NCBI GenBank assembly: GCA_044344255.1
Contig: JBIJDH010000002.1
Coordinates: 480,001-544,000 of the forward strand
Direction of reading: 5' to 3'
Length of the DNA stretch: 64,000 bases
DNA from: Myxococcota bacterium
GTDB lineage: Bacteria; Myxococcota_A; UBA796; UBA2385
The position numbers and the translations under genes were made by a program. Below the pieces are notes generated by a model. The model did not search any database. It was given only the letters and a program-made list of their open reading frames with translations, and was not told where the DNA came from. Shown piece after piece: positions 19,769 to 28,899 of the stretch (position 1 is its first letter; the number at the start of each line of letters is the position of its first letter).

Positions 19769-21820
19769 ATGTTCATCCTGCTTCACCTGAGCCTCGCCCT
19801 GGCCCTCGGCGAGGGCGGGCGGGCGGCGCTCCAGGTCGGGGACTGCGCCGCGGCCCTCGCGGACCGAGCCGGCGCCGCCGATGACGCGGAGCGCATCGCC
19901 CTCGCGCGCTGCGAGCTCCGGGCAGGCCAGACGGAGGCCGCCCTCGCCCGCCTCGCCCCTACCCACGGCGGCCCGCTGGGCGCCTACGGTGACCTCGTCG
20001 CCGGCGAGGCCCTCCTCGCCGCGGGTCGCCCCGCCCAGGCCGCGGCCCGCCTCGCGACGGTGACGCTCCCCCGTGAGGCCGGCCAGCGGGTGCAGATGCT
20101 GCGCGGCCGGGCGCTGGTCGAGTCCGGGGACACCGTGGGCGGTCGCGCGGTGCTCGCCGGCACCCTCCAGGGCCCCCTGGCGGAGCCCGCCTTCGTCCCC
20201 ACCGCCAGCGGCGCCGATCCCGCCGAGCTGCGCTGGTGGCTGGCCGAGGCGGCGGTGCGGCGCGGTGAATCGGCGAAGGCGGTCCCGGTCTGGCAGGCGC
20301 TGTGGTCGCGTAACCCCGCCAGCCCCCGAGCCTCGGAGGCCGCGTCCCGCCTGGCCACGGCCGGTCAGCCCGTGCCGGACACACGCTCGGAGGAGGGGCG
20401 GCGGCTGGTGCGGGCGCGCATTAAGTCCTTGGACAAGCTGCGGCGCTACGACGAGTCGCTGCTGCTCCGCGATCAGCTGGGCCGCGACGGTGCGCCCGAG
20501 CCCAAGCGAACCCTCGCCTGGGCCTGCTTCAACGCCAAGGACTACGCGCGCGCCGCCGAGCTCTTTGCCGTCGTCCCGAGCCCCACCCCGGTCGAGCGCT
20601 TCAACCTCGCCCTCGCCACCTCCCGAGCCGGCGACTACGCGGGCGCCGCCGCGCTCTACGTGCGGATCTACACCGAGCTCCCCACCACCCCTCAGGGTGA
20701 CCTCGCGAGCTACAAGGTGGGCTGGCTCGCGTACGACAAGGGGGAGGTGGACCGCGCGTTCGGCCTCTTCCGCGACCACCTCGCCCGCTTCCCCGCCTCC
20801 AAGCACGCCGATGAGGCGCGCTGGTTCATCGGCTGGACCCTCTACCGGCAGGACAAGCTGGCGGAGGCCCGGCTGGCGATGGAGGCCCTGGTGCGCCAGC
20901 ACCCAGGCTCGCCGATGGTGCCGGCCGCGCGCTACTGGATGAGCCGCATCGACGGCCGCCAAGGAGACGCCGCCGCCGAGAAGAAGGGGCTCGAGGCCTT
21001 GAGCCGCGACACCCCCACCTCCTCCTACGCCTGGTTCGCCGCGGGGCGCCTCGGCCGCGTCTGGTCCCCGCCCCGCCCCGCCCCGCCCCTGCCGGACGCG
21101 TCCTCCCCGGGGAGCGCCGCCTTGGAGCGCGGCCGCGCCCTCGCCCGCGCCGGGCTCGACGGCTGGGCCCGCGAGGAGCTGCGTGACGAGAAGCCCACTC
21201 AGAAGGCGGACGTGCTGCGCCTCGGCGAGCTGCTCGTGCTGGCCGGCGACTACACCGGCGCCCAGGCCCTCGGCCGCCCCTGGTGCGGCAGCGCGGCCCG
21301 CCGGGACGGGGATCCCGCCGCCCGGGCCCTCTGCTGGCCCCGCCCCGCCGCCGCCGCCCTCGACGCCCGCACCGCCGAGGCTGGCCTCGATCGCAACCTG
21401 CCCTACGGCATCATGAACGCCGAGAGCGCGCTCAAGCCCGGCGTCACCTCGGGGGTGGGCGCGCGCGGGCTGATGCAGCTCATGCCCGCTGTCGCCGCGC
21501 GCCGCCACGCCGCGATCTACCCGGGGAGCCCCTTCGACGCCGACGCCCTCTACCAGCCGGCCTACAACGCCCTGCTCGGCACCACCGAGCTCATCACGCT
21601 GGCCGAGCACCTCCGCGGTAAGGGCCTCTCGAACCCGCTCCCCGCGGTGATCGCCGCGTACAACGCTGGCCCCGAGCCCGTGGAGCGTTGGCTCTCGGGC
21701 TACGCCTCCGTCCCCGATCCCGACCGCTTCGCCGAGGACATCTCCTTCAACGAGACGCGGCAGTACGTGCGGAACGTGCTCGGCTACCTCCAGACCTGGC
21801 GGCTGGTCTACGGAGACTGA
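19769..21820 (+). CDS. slt: Soluble lytic murein transglycosylase with TPR repeats
   Basis: IMNAESAL, GARGLMQLMP, AAYNAGP and ISFNETRQYVRNV motifs. Confidence 0.92.
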   Translation: MFILLHLSLALALGEGGRAALQVGDCAAALADRAGAADDAERIALARCELRAGQTEAALARLAPTHGGPLGAYGDLVAGEALLAAGRPAQAAARLATVTLPREAGQRVQMLRGRALVESGDTVGGRAVLAGTLQGPLAEPAFVPTASGADPAELRWWLAEAAVRRGESAKAVPVWQALWSRNPASPRASEAASRLATAGQPVPDTRSEEGRRLVRARIKSLDKLRRYDESLLLRDQLGRDGAPEPKRTLAWACFNAKDYARAAELFAVVPSPTPVERFNLALATSRAGDYAGAAALYVRIYTELPTTPQGDLASYKVGWLAYDKGEVDRAFGLFRDHLARFPASKHADEARWFIGWTLYRQDKLAEARLAMEALVRQHPGSPMVPAARYWMSRIDGRQGDAAAEKKGLEALSRDTPTSSYAWFAAGRLGRVWSPPRPAPPLPDASSPGSAALERGRALARAGLDGWAREELRDEKPTQKADVLRLGELLVLAGDYTGAQALGRPWCGSAARRDGDPAARALCWPRPAAAALDARTAEAGLDRNLPYGIMNAESALKPGVTSGVGARGLMQLMPAVAARRHAAIYPGSPFDADALYQPAYNALLGTTELITLAEHLRGKGLSNPLPAVIAAYNAGPEPVERWLSGYASVPDPDRFAEDISFNETRQYVRNVLGYLQTWRLVYGD

Positions 21821-21919
21821 GCGAACCCAGAGCGTCGCAGCCTTCACCGCGGCGCTCAAGGGCCTCGCTGCCCCGACGATCGGCCTCGGAGGCCAGGGCA
21901 GCCTCCCGTCGGGGGACCT

Positions 21920-22924
21920 TCAGAGGTTGGGGAAGAGGGAGTCGTCGGCGAGGGCCGCATACAGGTCTTGCAGATCCGTCGTCTCGGTCAGGATACCCGG
22001 GTCCATCTTTCCGGGGTCACCGAACTTGATCTTGAACCAAGACTCGTAGGGCTTCGAGCGGGTGAACTGGCCGACGCTCGCGCTGCCGCCCGGAGGATTG
22101 AGCTTACCGTCGGCGCCGTGACAGGTCGCGCAGCTCGCGTCATAGATCGCCACGCCGTTGATCGGGTCACCGTCCTGGCCGATGTTCGTATACGACATCG
22201 ACGGCGAGACGAGGGTGGCCGTCCCATCGCCGTCGTATTCGTAGTGCATCGGTTCGCCGGTGATCGTCAGATCGTACAGGTCGTTCGGGTTTACCCACTC
22301 CTCACGCATGAACTTGATCAGGTCCCACACCTGCTCTTCGGTGAGGTCCTCCGAGAAGTCGGGGTGGCGGCTATCCGGAGAGTTCATGGTTCGACCGTCC
22401 GGTCGATCGATGAGATCGAAGAGCTGGTCGAAGGAGGCCGTGATGACGGTCGAGCGGACGTTGACGCTCGCGACGTCCGGCCGCGAGCTGGTGCCGGTGC
22501 TCACGCCAGTCCGGGTCGCATACGATCCGGCGCTCCCGAGGCCGTCCCAACCGTGGCAGGCCTTACAGCGGGTGAAGTCCGAGGCGACGGTGACCTCATA
22601 GTCCGCGAGCGCGCCGAGCCCGCCGCCCGGCGTGCTGTACCACTGAGAGAACGCGGCTCCACCGATGATGCCGTCTGCGGCTTCATACTCGACCGGGACC
22701 TCGCCCGGCCAGTCTACTCCGTCTTCACCGTCGACACCGTCCACCCCGTTGACTCCGGCGAGACCGTCGGCGCCAGGCGCACCGTCCTCCCCATTGTCTC
22801 CGTTGGTTCCGTTCACACCGTCGATGCCGTCTACTCCCTTCGACCCGGCGGGGCCTTCGGCGCCAGCGCAGGCGGCGACCGTCGCGAGGAGGAGGCTGAG
22901 TGAAAATCTTCTGTGGGCGGACAT
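21920..22924 (-). CDS. Diheme cytochrome c lipoprotein with collagen-like (Gly-X-Y) stalk
   Basis: Lipobox VAAC; 17 G-X-Y triplets; CKACH and CATCH; start ATG 22924 after an AGGAG RBS. Confidence 0.88.
   Translation of the reverse strand: MSAHRRFSLSLLLATVAACAGAEGPAGSKGVDGIDGVNGTNGDNGEDGAPGADGLAGVNGVDGVDGEDGVDWPGEVPVEYEAADGIIGGAAFSQWYSTPGGGLGALADYEVTVASDFTRCKACHGWDGLGSAGSYATRTGVSTGTSSRPDVASVNVRSTVITASFDQLFDLIDRPDGRTMNSPDSRHPDFSEDLTEEQVWDLIKFMREEWVNPNDLYDLTITGEPMHYEYDGDGTATLVSPSMSYTNIGQDGDPINGVAIYDASCATCHGADGKLNPPGGSASVGQFTRSKPYESWFKIKFGDPGKMDPGILTETTDLQDLYAALADDSLFPNL
22712..22864 (-). repeat. Collagen-like (Gly-X-Y)17 coding repeat
   Basis: GAE GPA GSK GVD GID GVN GTN GDN GED GAP GAD GLA GVN GVD GVD GED GVD. 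Confidence 0.9.
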
Positions 22925-23030
22925 GTCTTCTCTCCTTCGAACACCGGCGTCTTCGCCGTGACCGCGATCGGGGGAGCCCGGCCGCGACCATCGAGGGGGT
23001 GGGCATCGCCCTCCCTCGGCGTCGAGCAAC

Positions 23031-23047
23031 AGCACGGGGCGTGCCAG
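23031..23047 (-). promoter_or_regulatory. Putative sigma54 (-24/-12) promoter for the cytochrome c gene
   Basis: Minus strand CTGGCACG-CCCC-GTGCT versus consensus YTGGCACG-N4-TTGCW; GG/GC spacing is correct. Confidence 0.65.
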
Positions 23048-23281
23048 TTCAAGGTCCCGTCAACCTTCGCAGGCGGTAACGCTGCCGCTGTCTGCCGAAG
23101 TCCGAGCTACACGCCGCGGGGCCGGCGAGAGGACCGCGCCGCCCCCTGCTTCCAGGCGCGCTTGCTGTGTGCCCAAGCCCGTGCACGTGGGGCATTTGAC
23201 CCAGGGGCGGCGATCTCGACCATCGCTCGACCCCGGGGGACCTCCAGCGGATGGAGCGAGCGAGACGCGCTAAGGGGCCGG

Positions 23282-24439
23282 ATGGCACGCAAGGACATCC
23301 GCTTTCAGCTCCTCGGCACCGACCCCTCGGGGGCCCGCCGCAGCCGCTTTCAAACTGAACATGGGGCGCCAGTCGAGTGCCCCACCTTCATGCCGGTGGG
23401 CACGCAGGGGGCGGTGAAGGCCGCCACGCCCTTGCAGGTGAAGGAGACGGGCGCCCAGGTGGTGCTCGCCAACACCTTCCACCTCGGCTGGGATGACCGC
23501 CCGGAGCGGGTCAAACGAATGGGCGGCCTGCACCGCTTCATGGGCTGGGATCAGACCATCCTCACCGACTCCGGCGGCTTCCAGGTCTTCAGCATCCCCG
23601 ACAAGGTGGTGGACGAAGACGGCGTCACCTTCCACTACGCGAAGGCGAAAGACCCGAAGATGCGCCTCACGCCCGAGCGCTCGATGGAGATCCAGCGCGA
23701 TCTCGGCGCCGACATCGTGATGGCCTTCGATGAGTGTGTGGAGTTCCCCGCCACCGAGAAGCGGGTCGCCAGCTCGCTCGCCCGCACCACCCGCTGGGCG
23801 AAGCGCTGCCTCGACGTGCCCTTGGCCAGCCACCAGTTCCTCTTTGGCATCGTCCAGGGCGGCGTCTACCCCGAGCTCCGCGAGCAGGCGGCCACCGAGC
23901 TCCGCGAGCTGCCCTTCGATGGCTTCGCGGTGGGCGGCGTCAGCGTGGGTGAGGGCCTCGACCTCTTGAAGCGGGTGGTGAGCTTCACCACCCCCCACAT
24001 GCCGGCCAAGATGCCGCGCTACCTGATGGGGGTGGGCCTGCCCATCGACATCCTCGAGGCGGTGGAGCGCGGCATCGACATGTTCGACTGCGTGATCCCC
24101 ACCCGCTACGCCCGCGGGGGCACTCTGTTCACGCGCATCGGCCGGATGCGGATCGGGGACAAGCGGTATCGAAAGGACAAGTTCCCGATTGACACGAGCT
24201 GTGATTGTTACACCTGCCAGAATTTCAGCCGGCTCGTGCTGCGGCACCTCTATTACGCGCAAGAGCAGCTCTACAACACCCTCGCCACCATCCACAATCT
24301 CCGGCACTATCAGGTGCTGATGGCCGACATCCGCACCGCCATCGAGGAGCGCCGCTACGCGGCCTTCAAGAAGGAGTGGATCTCCCGCTTCAAGGGGGAT
24401 GACCAGGGCGATGCGCCGCGGGGCTCGGAGGTCGAGTGA
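23282..24439 (+). CDS. tgt: tRNA-guanine transglycosylase
   Basis: PTFMPVGT, LTDSGGFQVFS, GIVQGG, PRYLMGVG, DMFDCVIPTR and CDCYTC zinc site. Confidence 0.97.
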   Translation: MARKDIRFQLLGTDPSGARRSRFQTEHGAPVECPTFMPVGTQGAVKAATPLQVKETGAQVVLANTFHLGWDDRPERVKRMGGLHRFMGWDQTILTDSGGFQVFSIPDKVVDEDGVTFHYAKAKDPKMRLTPERSMEIQRDLGADIVMAFDECVEFPATEKRVASSLARTTRWAKRCLDVPLASHQFLFGIVQGGVYPELREQAATELRELPFDGFAVGGVSVGEGLDLLKRVVSFTTPHMPAKMPRYLMGVGLPIDILEAVERGIDMFDCVIPTRYARGGTLFTRIGRMRIGDKRYRKDKFPIDTSCDCYTCQNFSRLVLRHLYYAQEQLYNTLATIHNLRHYQVLMADIRTAIEERRYAAFKKEWISRFKGDDQGDAPRGSEVE

Positions 24440-25299
24440 GCGCCGCCGCGGCTGCCGCCGACGCCGAAGGGTACCGCCTCCTCGACAGCGGGGGAGGGCG
24501 CCGCCTGGAGCAGGTCGGCCCCTACCGCCTCGATCGACAGGCCGCGGGCGCCTGGTGGAGGCCCCGCCTCCCGGCCGAGGCTTGGGCCGCCGCCGACGCC
24601 ATCCACCACCGCAGCGACGCGGGGGGAGGGGAGTGGGAGCTGCGCCGACCGCTCCCCGAGAGCTGGGCGATCGAGCACGGCGGCGTCCGGATGCGCGTCA
24701 AGCTCACGCCCTTCGGCCACCTCGGGCTCTTCGCGGAGCATGTCGCGCAGTGGGCCTGGATGCAGGGGCGCCTGCGTGAGGCCGGGGGCAGCCCACGGGT
24801 GCTCAACCTCTTCGCGTACACGGGCGGCGCCAGCGTCGCGGCCGCCCAGGCGGGGGCGCGGGTGAGCCACGTTGACGCCGCCAAGGGCATCGTCGACTGG
24901 GCCCGCGAGAACGCGCAGCGGAACGGCGTAGACACCGTGCAGTGGGTGGTCGAAGACGCCGCCCTCTTCGTGCAGCGCGAGCACAAACGGGGCCGGCAGT
25001 ATGAGGGCATCATCCTCGATCCGCCCACCTTCGGGCGTGGCGCCAAGCGGGAGCTCTGGAAGATCGAGGAGCAGCTCCCGCCGCTGCTGGCCGAGCTCTC
25101 GCGGATCCTCAGCCCGGACGCCGCCTTCTTCCTGCTCTCCTGTCACACGCCCGGCTTCACGCCCCTGGCCCTCCGCAACCTGCTCGGCGACGCCCTCGGC
25201 GGCCGGAGCGGCCGCATCGAGGAGGGGGAGATGTTCATCCCCGAGGCCGAAGGGCGGGCCCTCCCCTCCGGGGCCTGGTCGCGCTGGTCGCCGCGCTGA
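24436..25299 (+). CDS. Class I SAM-dependent methyltransferase (RlmI/RlmK-like)
   Basis: YRLLDSGGGRRLE, FGHLGLFAEH, VLNLFAYTGG and ILDPPTFG motifs. Confidence 0.9.
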   Translation: MSAAAAAADAEGYRLLDSGGGRRLEQVGPYRLDRQAAGAWWRPRLPAEAWAAADAIHHRSDAGGGEWELRRPLPESWAIEHGGVRMRVKLTPFGHLGLFAEHVAQWAWMQGRLREAGGSPRVLNLFAYTGGASVAAAQAGARVSHVDAAKGIVDWARENAQRNGVDTVQWVVEDAALFVQREHKRGRQYEGIILDPPTFGRGAKRELWKIEEQLPPLLAELSRILSPDAAFFLLSCHTPGFTPLALRNLLGDALGGRSGRIEEGEMFIPEAEGRALPSGAWSRWSPR

Positions 25300-25337
25300 G
25301 CCCTGAGCCCTGAGCCCTGAGCCCTGAGCCTGTGCCC
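25297..25337 (+). repeat. 7-bp tandem repeat (TGAGCCC) starting at the methyltransferase stop codon
   Basis: TGAGCCC x4 + TGAGCC + degenerate TGTGCCC. Confidence 0.95.
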
Positions 25338-25352
25338 TGCGCCGCGGTCGCC

Positions 25353-27041
25353 TCAGCGCCAGTCGATCTCGATCGGCAGGAGCAGCAAGGGGCGCTCGGG
25401 CTGCTCGAAGAGCATCTTCGGGACCAGCCCGAGCTCGCCGACGAGGCGGGGGAGGAGGTCTGCGGCGCGCAGGCTCGCGCCACGCCCGAGCAGGCTGTTG
25501 AGGACCTGAAAGCGCGGCGGGGGGAAGCGGATGTGAGCCTCCGAGCCCGGCCGCTCTCGCAGGCCGGCGAGGGAGCGGGCCCGCTCGAGGGCGAGGTCGA
25601 GGCCGCCCAGGTGATCGACGAGGCCGTGGGCGAGGGCCTGGCGACCGGTCCAGACCCGGCCCTGCGCGTAGGGCTCGATGGCCGCGACCGGGCGGCGTCG
25701 GCCGGCGGAGACGACCTGCAAGAAGCGGTCGTAGGTGCGGGTCAACATCCGCTGGAAGCGGGCCCGCTGGTCGGCGTTGAAGGCCTCCCACGGGCCCATC
25801 ATCCCAGCGTCGGGGCCGACGGCGAGGGTCTCGGCGTGCACGCCGAGCTGACCGAGGGCGGGCCCAAAGACGAGCTTCCCGCCCACCACGCCGATCGAGC
25901 CCGTGATGGTGCCCTCGGCGGCGATGATCTCGGCCGCCGGGGCCGAGAGGAAGTAGCCGCCGCTGGCCGAGACGTCGCCGAAGGCCGCCACCACGGGCTT
26001 CTGTTGGCCGAGCCGCTGCACCGAGCGGGCGATGAGGTCGCTCGCCAGGGCGCTGCCCCCCGGACTGTTGACGTACAGCACCACCGCGCCCACGTCGTCG
26101 TCTTTGGCGAGCGCGTCGAGGACCGGCACCACCCGGTCGGCGTCGATGCGGTGGCCCGCCCCGCCGGAGGCCTCGGCGCCATGGACGATCGGCCCCTCGA
26201 GGTGCACCACGACGGTGCGGCTCTCGGGCTCCCCGAAGCTCTGGAGCCAGCGCTCGAGGGCGGCCCAGAAGGCGTATCGGCGGAGGGAGACCGGGCGCAC
26301 CTCCTCGCTCAGGAGCTCCTCGAGCTGGGCGTGGGCCTGGTCGGGCCAGGCGAGGCCGTCTACCAGGCCGAGCTCCGCGGCCCGCTCCGCGCAGAGCGGG
26401 CTCTCGGCCATCGCGGCGCGCACGCGGTCTTCGGGGATGTTGCGCCCTTGGGCGATGCCCTGGATCAGCCGATCCTGGAGGTCACCGACGAGGGAGAGCA
26501 TCTGCTCTCGGTTGGCCGCCGAGGCGAAGGCGCGCGTGTACGGCTCACCGAAGCTCTTGTAGGCCCCGGCGGCCATCAGGTCGACCTTGACGCCCAGCCG
26601 CTCGAGGAGGTCACCGTAGAAGGTGAGCTGGGCGCCCATGCCTTGAAGCCAGGCCTCCCCGCTCGGCGTGAGCCAGACCCGGTGGGCCACGCTGGCGAGG
26701 TAGAGCTCGCGGAGGCCCGCGGAGTCGAGGTGCACGACCACGAGCTTGCCCGCCGCTCGGAGCGCGACGAGGCCTGCTCGCAGGCCCTGGAGCGAGGCCT
26801 GGCCGCCGGAGAGGTCGCGCAGATCGAGCACGACCGCGCGCACGTAGGGGTCAGCGGTGAGGCTCTGGAGGGCCTGCAGCGTGGTGACGTGCCCGTGCAG
26901 CGAGCCCTGACTGCGGTCGCGGCCGAGGGCCACGCGCACCACGGCGCGCCGGCGGAGCTGGAGCCGGCGGATCAGGCCCACCGCCTGTTTGGGGCCCCAG
27001 GCCAAGGAGGCGGCGACGAAGGACCAGAGCAGGCTGAGCAA
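25353..27041 (-). CDS. sppA: Signal peptide peptidase SppA (protease IV, two-domain S49)
   Basis: GAYKS, YVNSPGGSALASD, SASGGY and TITGSIGV motifs. Confidence 0.92.
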   Translation of the reverse strand: MLSLLWSFVAASLAWGPKQAVGLIRRLQLRRRAVVRVALGRDRSQGSLHGHVTTLQALQSLTADPYVRAVVLDLRDLSGGQASLQGLRAGLVALRAAGKLVVVHLDSAGLRELYLASVAHRVWLTPSGEAWLQGMGAQLTFYGDLLERLGVKVDLMAAGAYKSFGEPYTRAFASAANREQMLSLVGDLQDRLIQGIAQGRNIPEDRVRAAMAESPLCAERAAELGLVDGLAWPDQAHAQLEELLSEEVRPVSLRRYAFWAALERWLQSFGEPESRTVVVHLEGPIVHGAEASGGAGHRIDADRVVPVLDALAKDDDVGAVVLYVNSPGGSALASDLIARSVQRLGQQKPVVAAFGDVSASGGYFLSAPAAEIIAAEGTITGSIGVVGGKLVFGPALGQLGVHAETLAVGPDAGMMGPWEAFNADQRARFQRMLTRTYDRFLQVVSAGRRRPVAAIEPYAQGRVWTGRQALAHGLVDHLGGLDLALERARSLAGLRERPGSEAHIRFPPPRFQVLNSLLGRGASLRAADLLPRLVGELGLVPKMLFEQPERPLLLLPIEIDWR

Positions 27042-27140
27042 AGACCCTCCGGGGGGCGCGCGGGGGAGCCGGCCGAGGGGACCGGGGCCATCGAGGCGGA
27101 CAGATGTGTGGACACCGGAGCGCGTCCTGTCAACCAGCCG

Positions 27141-27220
27141 CCCCGGCGCAGTGGACCCCCGGCGCAGTGGACCCCCGGCGCAGTGGACCCCCGGCGTTCT
27201 TGACCCCTGGTTTTCTTGAC
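27141..27220 (+). repeat. Five 16-bp tandem units (3 identical, 2 diverged) in the divergent sppA / Zn-ribbon-mreB intergenic region
   Basis: ccccggcgcagtggac x3, ccccggcgttcttgac, ccctggttttcttgac. Confidence 0.9.
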
Positions 27221-27244
27221 AGGTGGCCGCGCTCCGCCTAAACC
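27216..27244 (+). promoter_or_regulatory. Putative sigma70 promoter for the Zn-ribbon/mreB genes
   Basis: Perfect TTGACA, 17-bp spacer, weak -10 TAAACC. Confidence 0.5.
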
Positions 27245-27273
27245 CCGCTCAGGCTATCGCCGGAGTTTTGAAC

Positions 27274-27789
27274 GTGTCGACCAAGAATTGCCCGAGCTGC
27301 GGCGCAGACGTCCCCAGCGCCGTTCAGCGGTGTAAGCACTGCTTCCATGACTTCACTGAGGTGCCCGCCAAGAAGAGCGGCCCCATCGTGCTCCTCGGCG
27401 CGATCACCCTCACGCTCGTCCTGGCGCTCGGGATCGTCGGCTACATGTTCACGACGATGGCCGCCGAGAAGACGGTGGTGGACGAGGAGACCACCTCCAT
27501 CATCGTCACCCGCAAGTCGGTCACGGGCGACGTGAAGTCGGAGCGTTACACCTTCGACTCCATCAGCCGGGTCGAGTACGTCACCGGCGGCGACAAGTCG
27601 CTCTACGAGGTCGTGGCGGTCACCAACGACAACAAGCGGGTCTACGTGCAGCGGTCGAGCGACGAGCCCCTCGGCCCCGAGGCGGCCCACATCGCCACGG
27701 TCCTCAACAAGCCCCTCGTGACCGTGAACAACGTCCAGGGCGTAGACGCCGCCGATAAGATCAACGCGGAAGCCGCAGGGAAGAAGTAG
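27274..27789 (+). CDS. Zinc-ribbon single-pass membrane protein
   Basis: CPSC-x10-CKHC, TM helix, extracytoplasmic beta-rich domain; GTG start after GGAG (start uncertain). Confidence 0.82.
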   Translation: MSTKNCPSCGADVPSAVQRCKHCFHDFTEVPAKKSGPIVLLGAITLTLVLALGIVGYMFTTMAAEKTVVDEETTSIIVTRKSVTGDVKSERYTFDSISRVEYVTGGDKSLYEVVAVTNDNKRVYVQRSSDEPLGPEAAHIATVLNKPLVTVNNVQGVDAADKINAEAAGKK

Positions 27790-27794
27790 TCGGC

Positions 27795-28823
27795 GTGTTC
27801 GACCAGGCGCTCGGGCGGCTGTCGACCGACGTCGCCATCGATCTGGGGACCTCGAACACCCGCGCCTGGGTGCGGGGGCGCGGCGTCGTCGTCGAGATGC
27901 CCTCTGTCGTGGCGGTCGAGCGGAGCGGAAGCAGCGGCAAGGTGGTCGCTGTCGGGGCCGAGGCCAAGCGCATGGTGGGGCGCACCCCCGAGAACATGCA
28001 GGCCGTCACGCCGATCCGCGAGGGGATCATCGGGGACTACGCGCTGGCCGAGGCCCTGCTCCGCGACTGCATGAGCCGGGCCCTCTCGGCGCGGCCCCTG
28101 GTGCGGCCGAGGGTGCTGATCCCCGTGCCCACCACGAGCACCGACGTCGAGCGGCGGGCCGTCCAAGAGTCGGCGCGTTCTTGCGGGGCGCGGGAGGTGC
28201 TGCTCGTGACCCGGGCGGTGGCGGCGGCGGTCGGGGCGGACCTCCCCATCGGCGAGGCCTCGGCCAACGTGGTCGTCGATCTGGGCGGCGGCCTCACGGA
28301 GATCGCGATCATCAGCCTCGGCGGCGTCGTCGAGGCGGCCACGCTGCGGGTCGGGGGCACCGCGCTCGACCAGGCGATCGCCGGCTGGATCCGCGACCGT
28401 CACAACGTCCTCGTCGGCAGCCGAGCCGCGGAGGAGGTCAAGCTCGTGATCGGCTGCGCCACGCGCCCGCTCTCGATCACCGAGGTGCGGGTGACGGGTC
28501 GCGACCTCACCACCGGCATCCCGCGCGAGGTGCTGGTCAGCTCCGACGACGCCCTCGCCGCGGTCCAGGGCCCCCTCGATCGTTTCGTCGAGGGGATCCG
28601 GGTCGTGCTGTCACGGCTCAGCCCCGAGCTCTCCGCGGACGTGGCAGATCACGGCATCGTCCTGACCGGCGGCACTGCGCTCCTGCCTGGCCTCGACGCC
28701 TGGCTCCGCGAGCGGACTGGCGTCCCGGTGGTCGTGGCCGAAGAGCCTCGCCTGGCCACGATCCTCGGCGCGGGCCGCCTGCTCGAAGACGCCGAGACGC
28801 TCGACCGGGTCCTGCTCGGCTGA
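27795..28823 (+). CDS. mreB: MreB/Mbl-family actin-like protein (divergent paralog)
   Basis: AIDLGTSNT, AKRMVGRTP, VERRAV, DLGGGLTE, GRDLTTGIPRE and GIVLTGG motifs. Confidence 0.92.
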   Translation: MFDQALGRLSTDVAIDLGTSNTRAWVRGRGVVVEMPSVVAVERSGSSGKVVAVGAEAKRMVGRTPENMQAVTPIREGIIGDYALAEALLRDCMSRALSARPLVRPRVLIPVPTTSTDVERRAVQESARSCGAREVLLVTRAVAAAVGADLPIGEASANVVVDLGGGLTEIAIISLGGVVEAATLRVGGTALDQAIAGWIRDRHNVLVGSRAAEEVKLVIGCATRPLSITEVRVTGRDLTTGIPREVLVSSDDALAAVQGPLDRFVEGIRVVLSRLSPELSADVADHGIVLTGGTALLPGLDAWLRERTGVPVVVAEEPRLATILGAGRLLEDAETLDRVLLG

Positions 28824-28899
28824 CGGCGGGCCACCCGCGTCCTGCTGGGCCGACCGACCGCCCACCCCGACGAGATAGGCTGGGAGCCCGAGGCCGAAG

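Noticed and set aside
21867..21915. ncRNA in nested inverted repeats between slt and the cytochrome gene
   Set aside because: Short GC hairpins between convergent genes are adequately explained by termination or chance
27141..27220. CRISPR array
   Set aside because: The units are contiguous 16-mers with no unique spacers, and no cas genes are nearby
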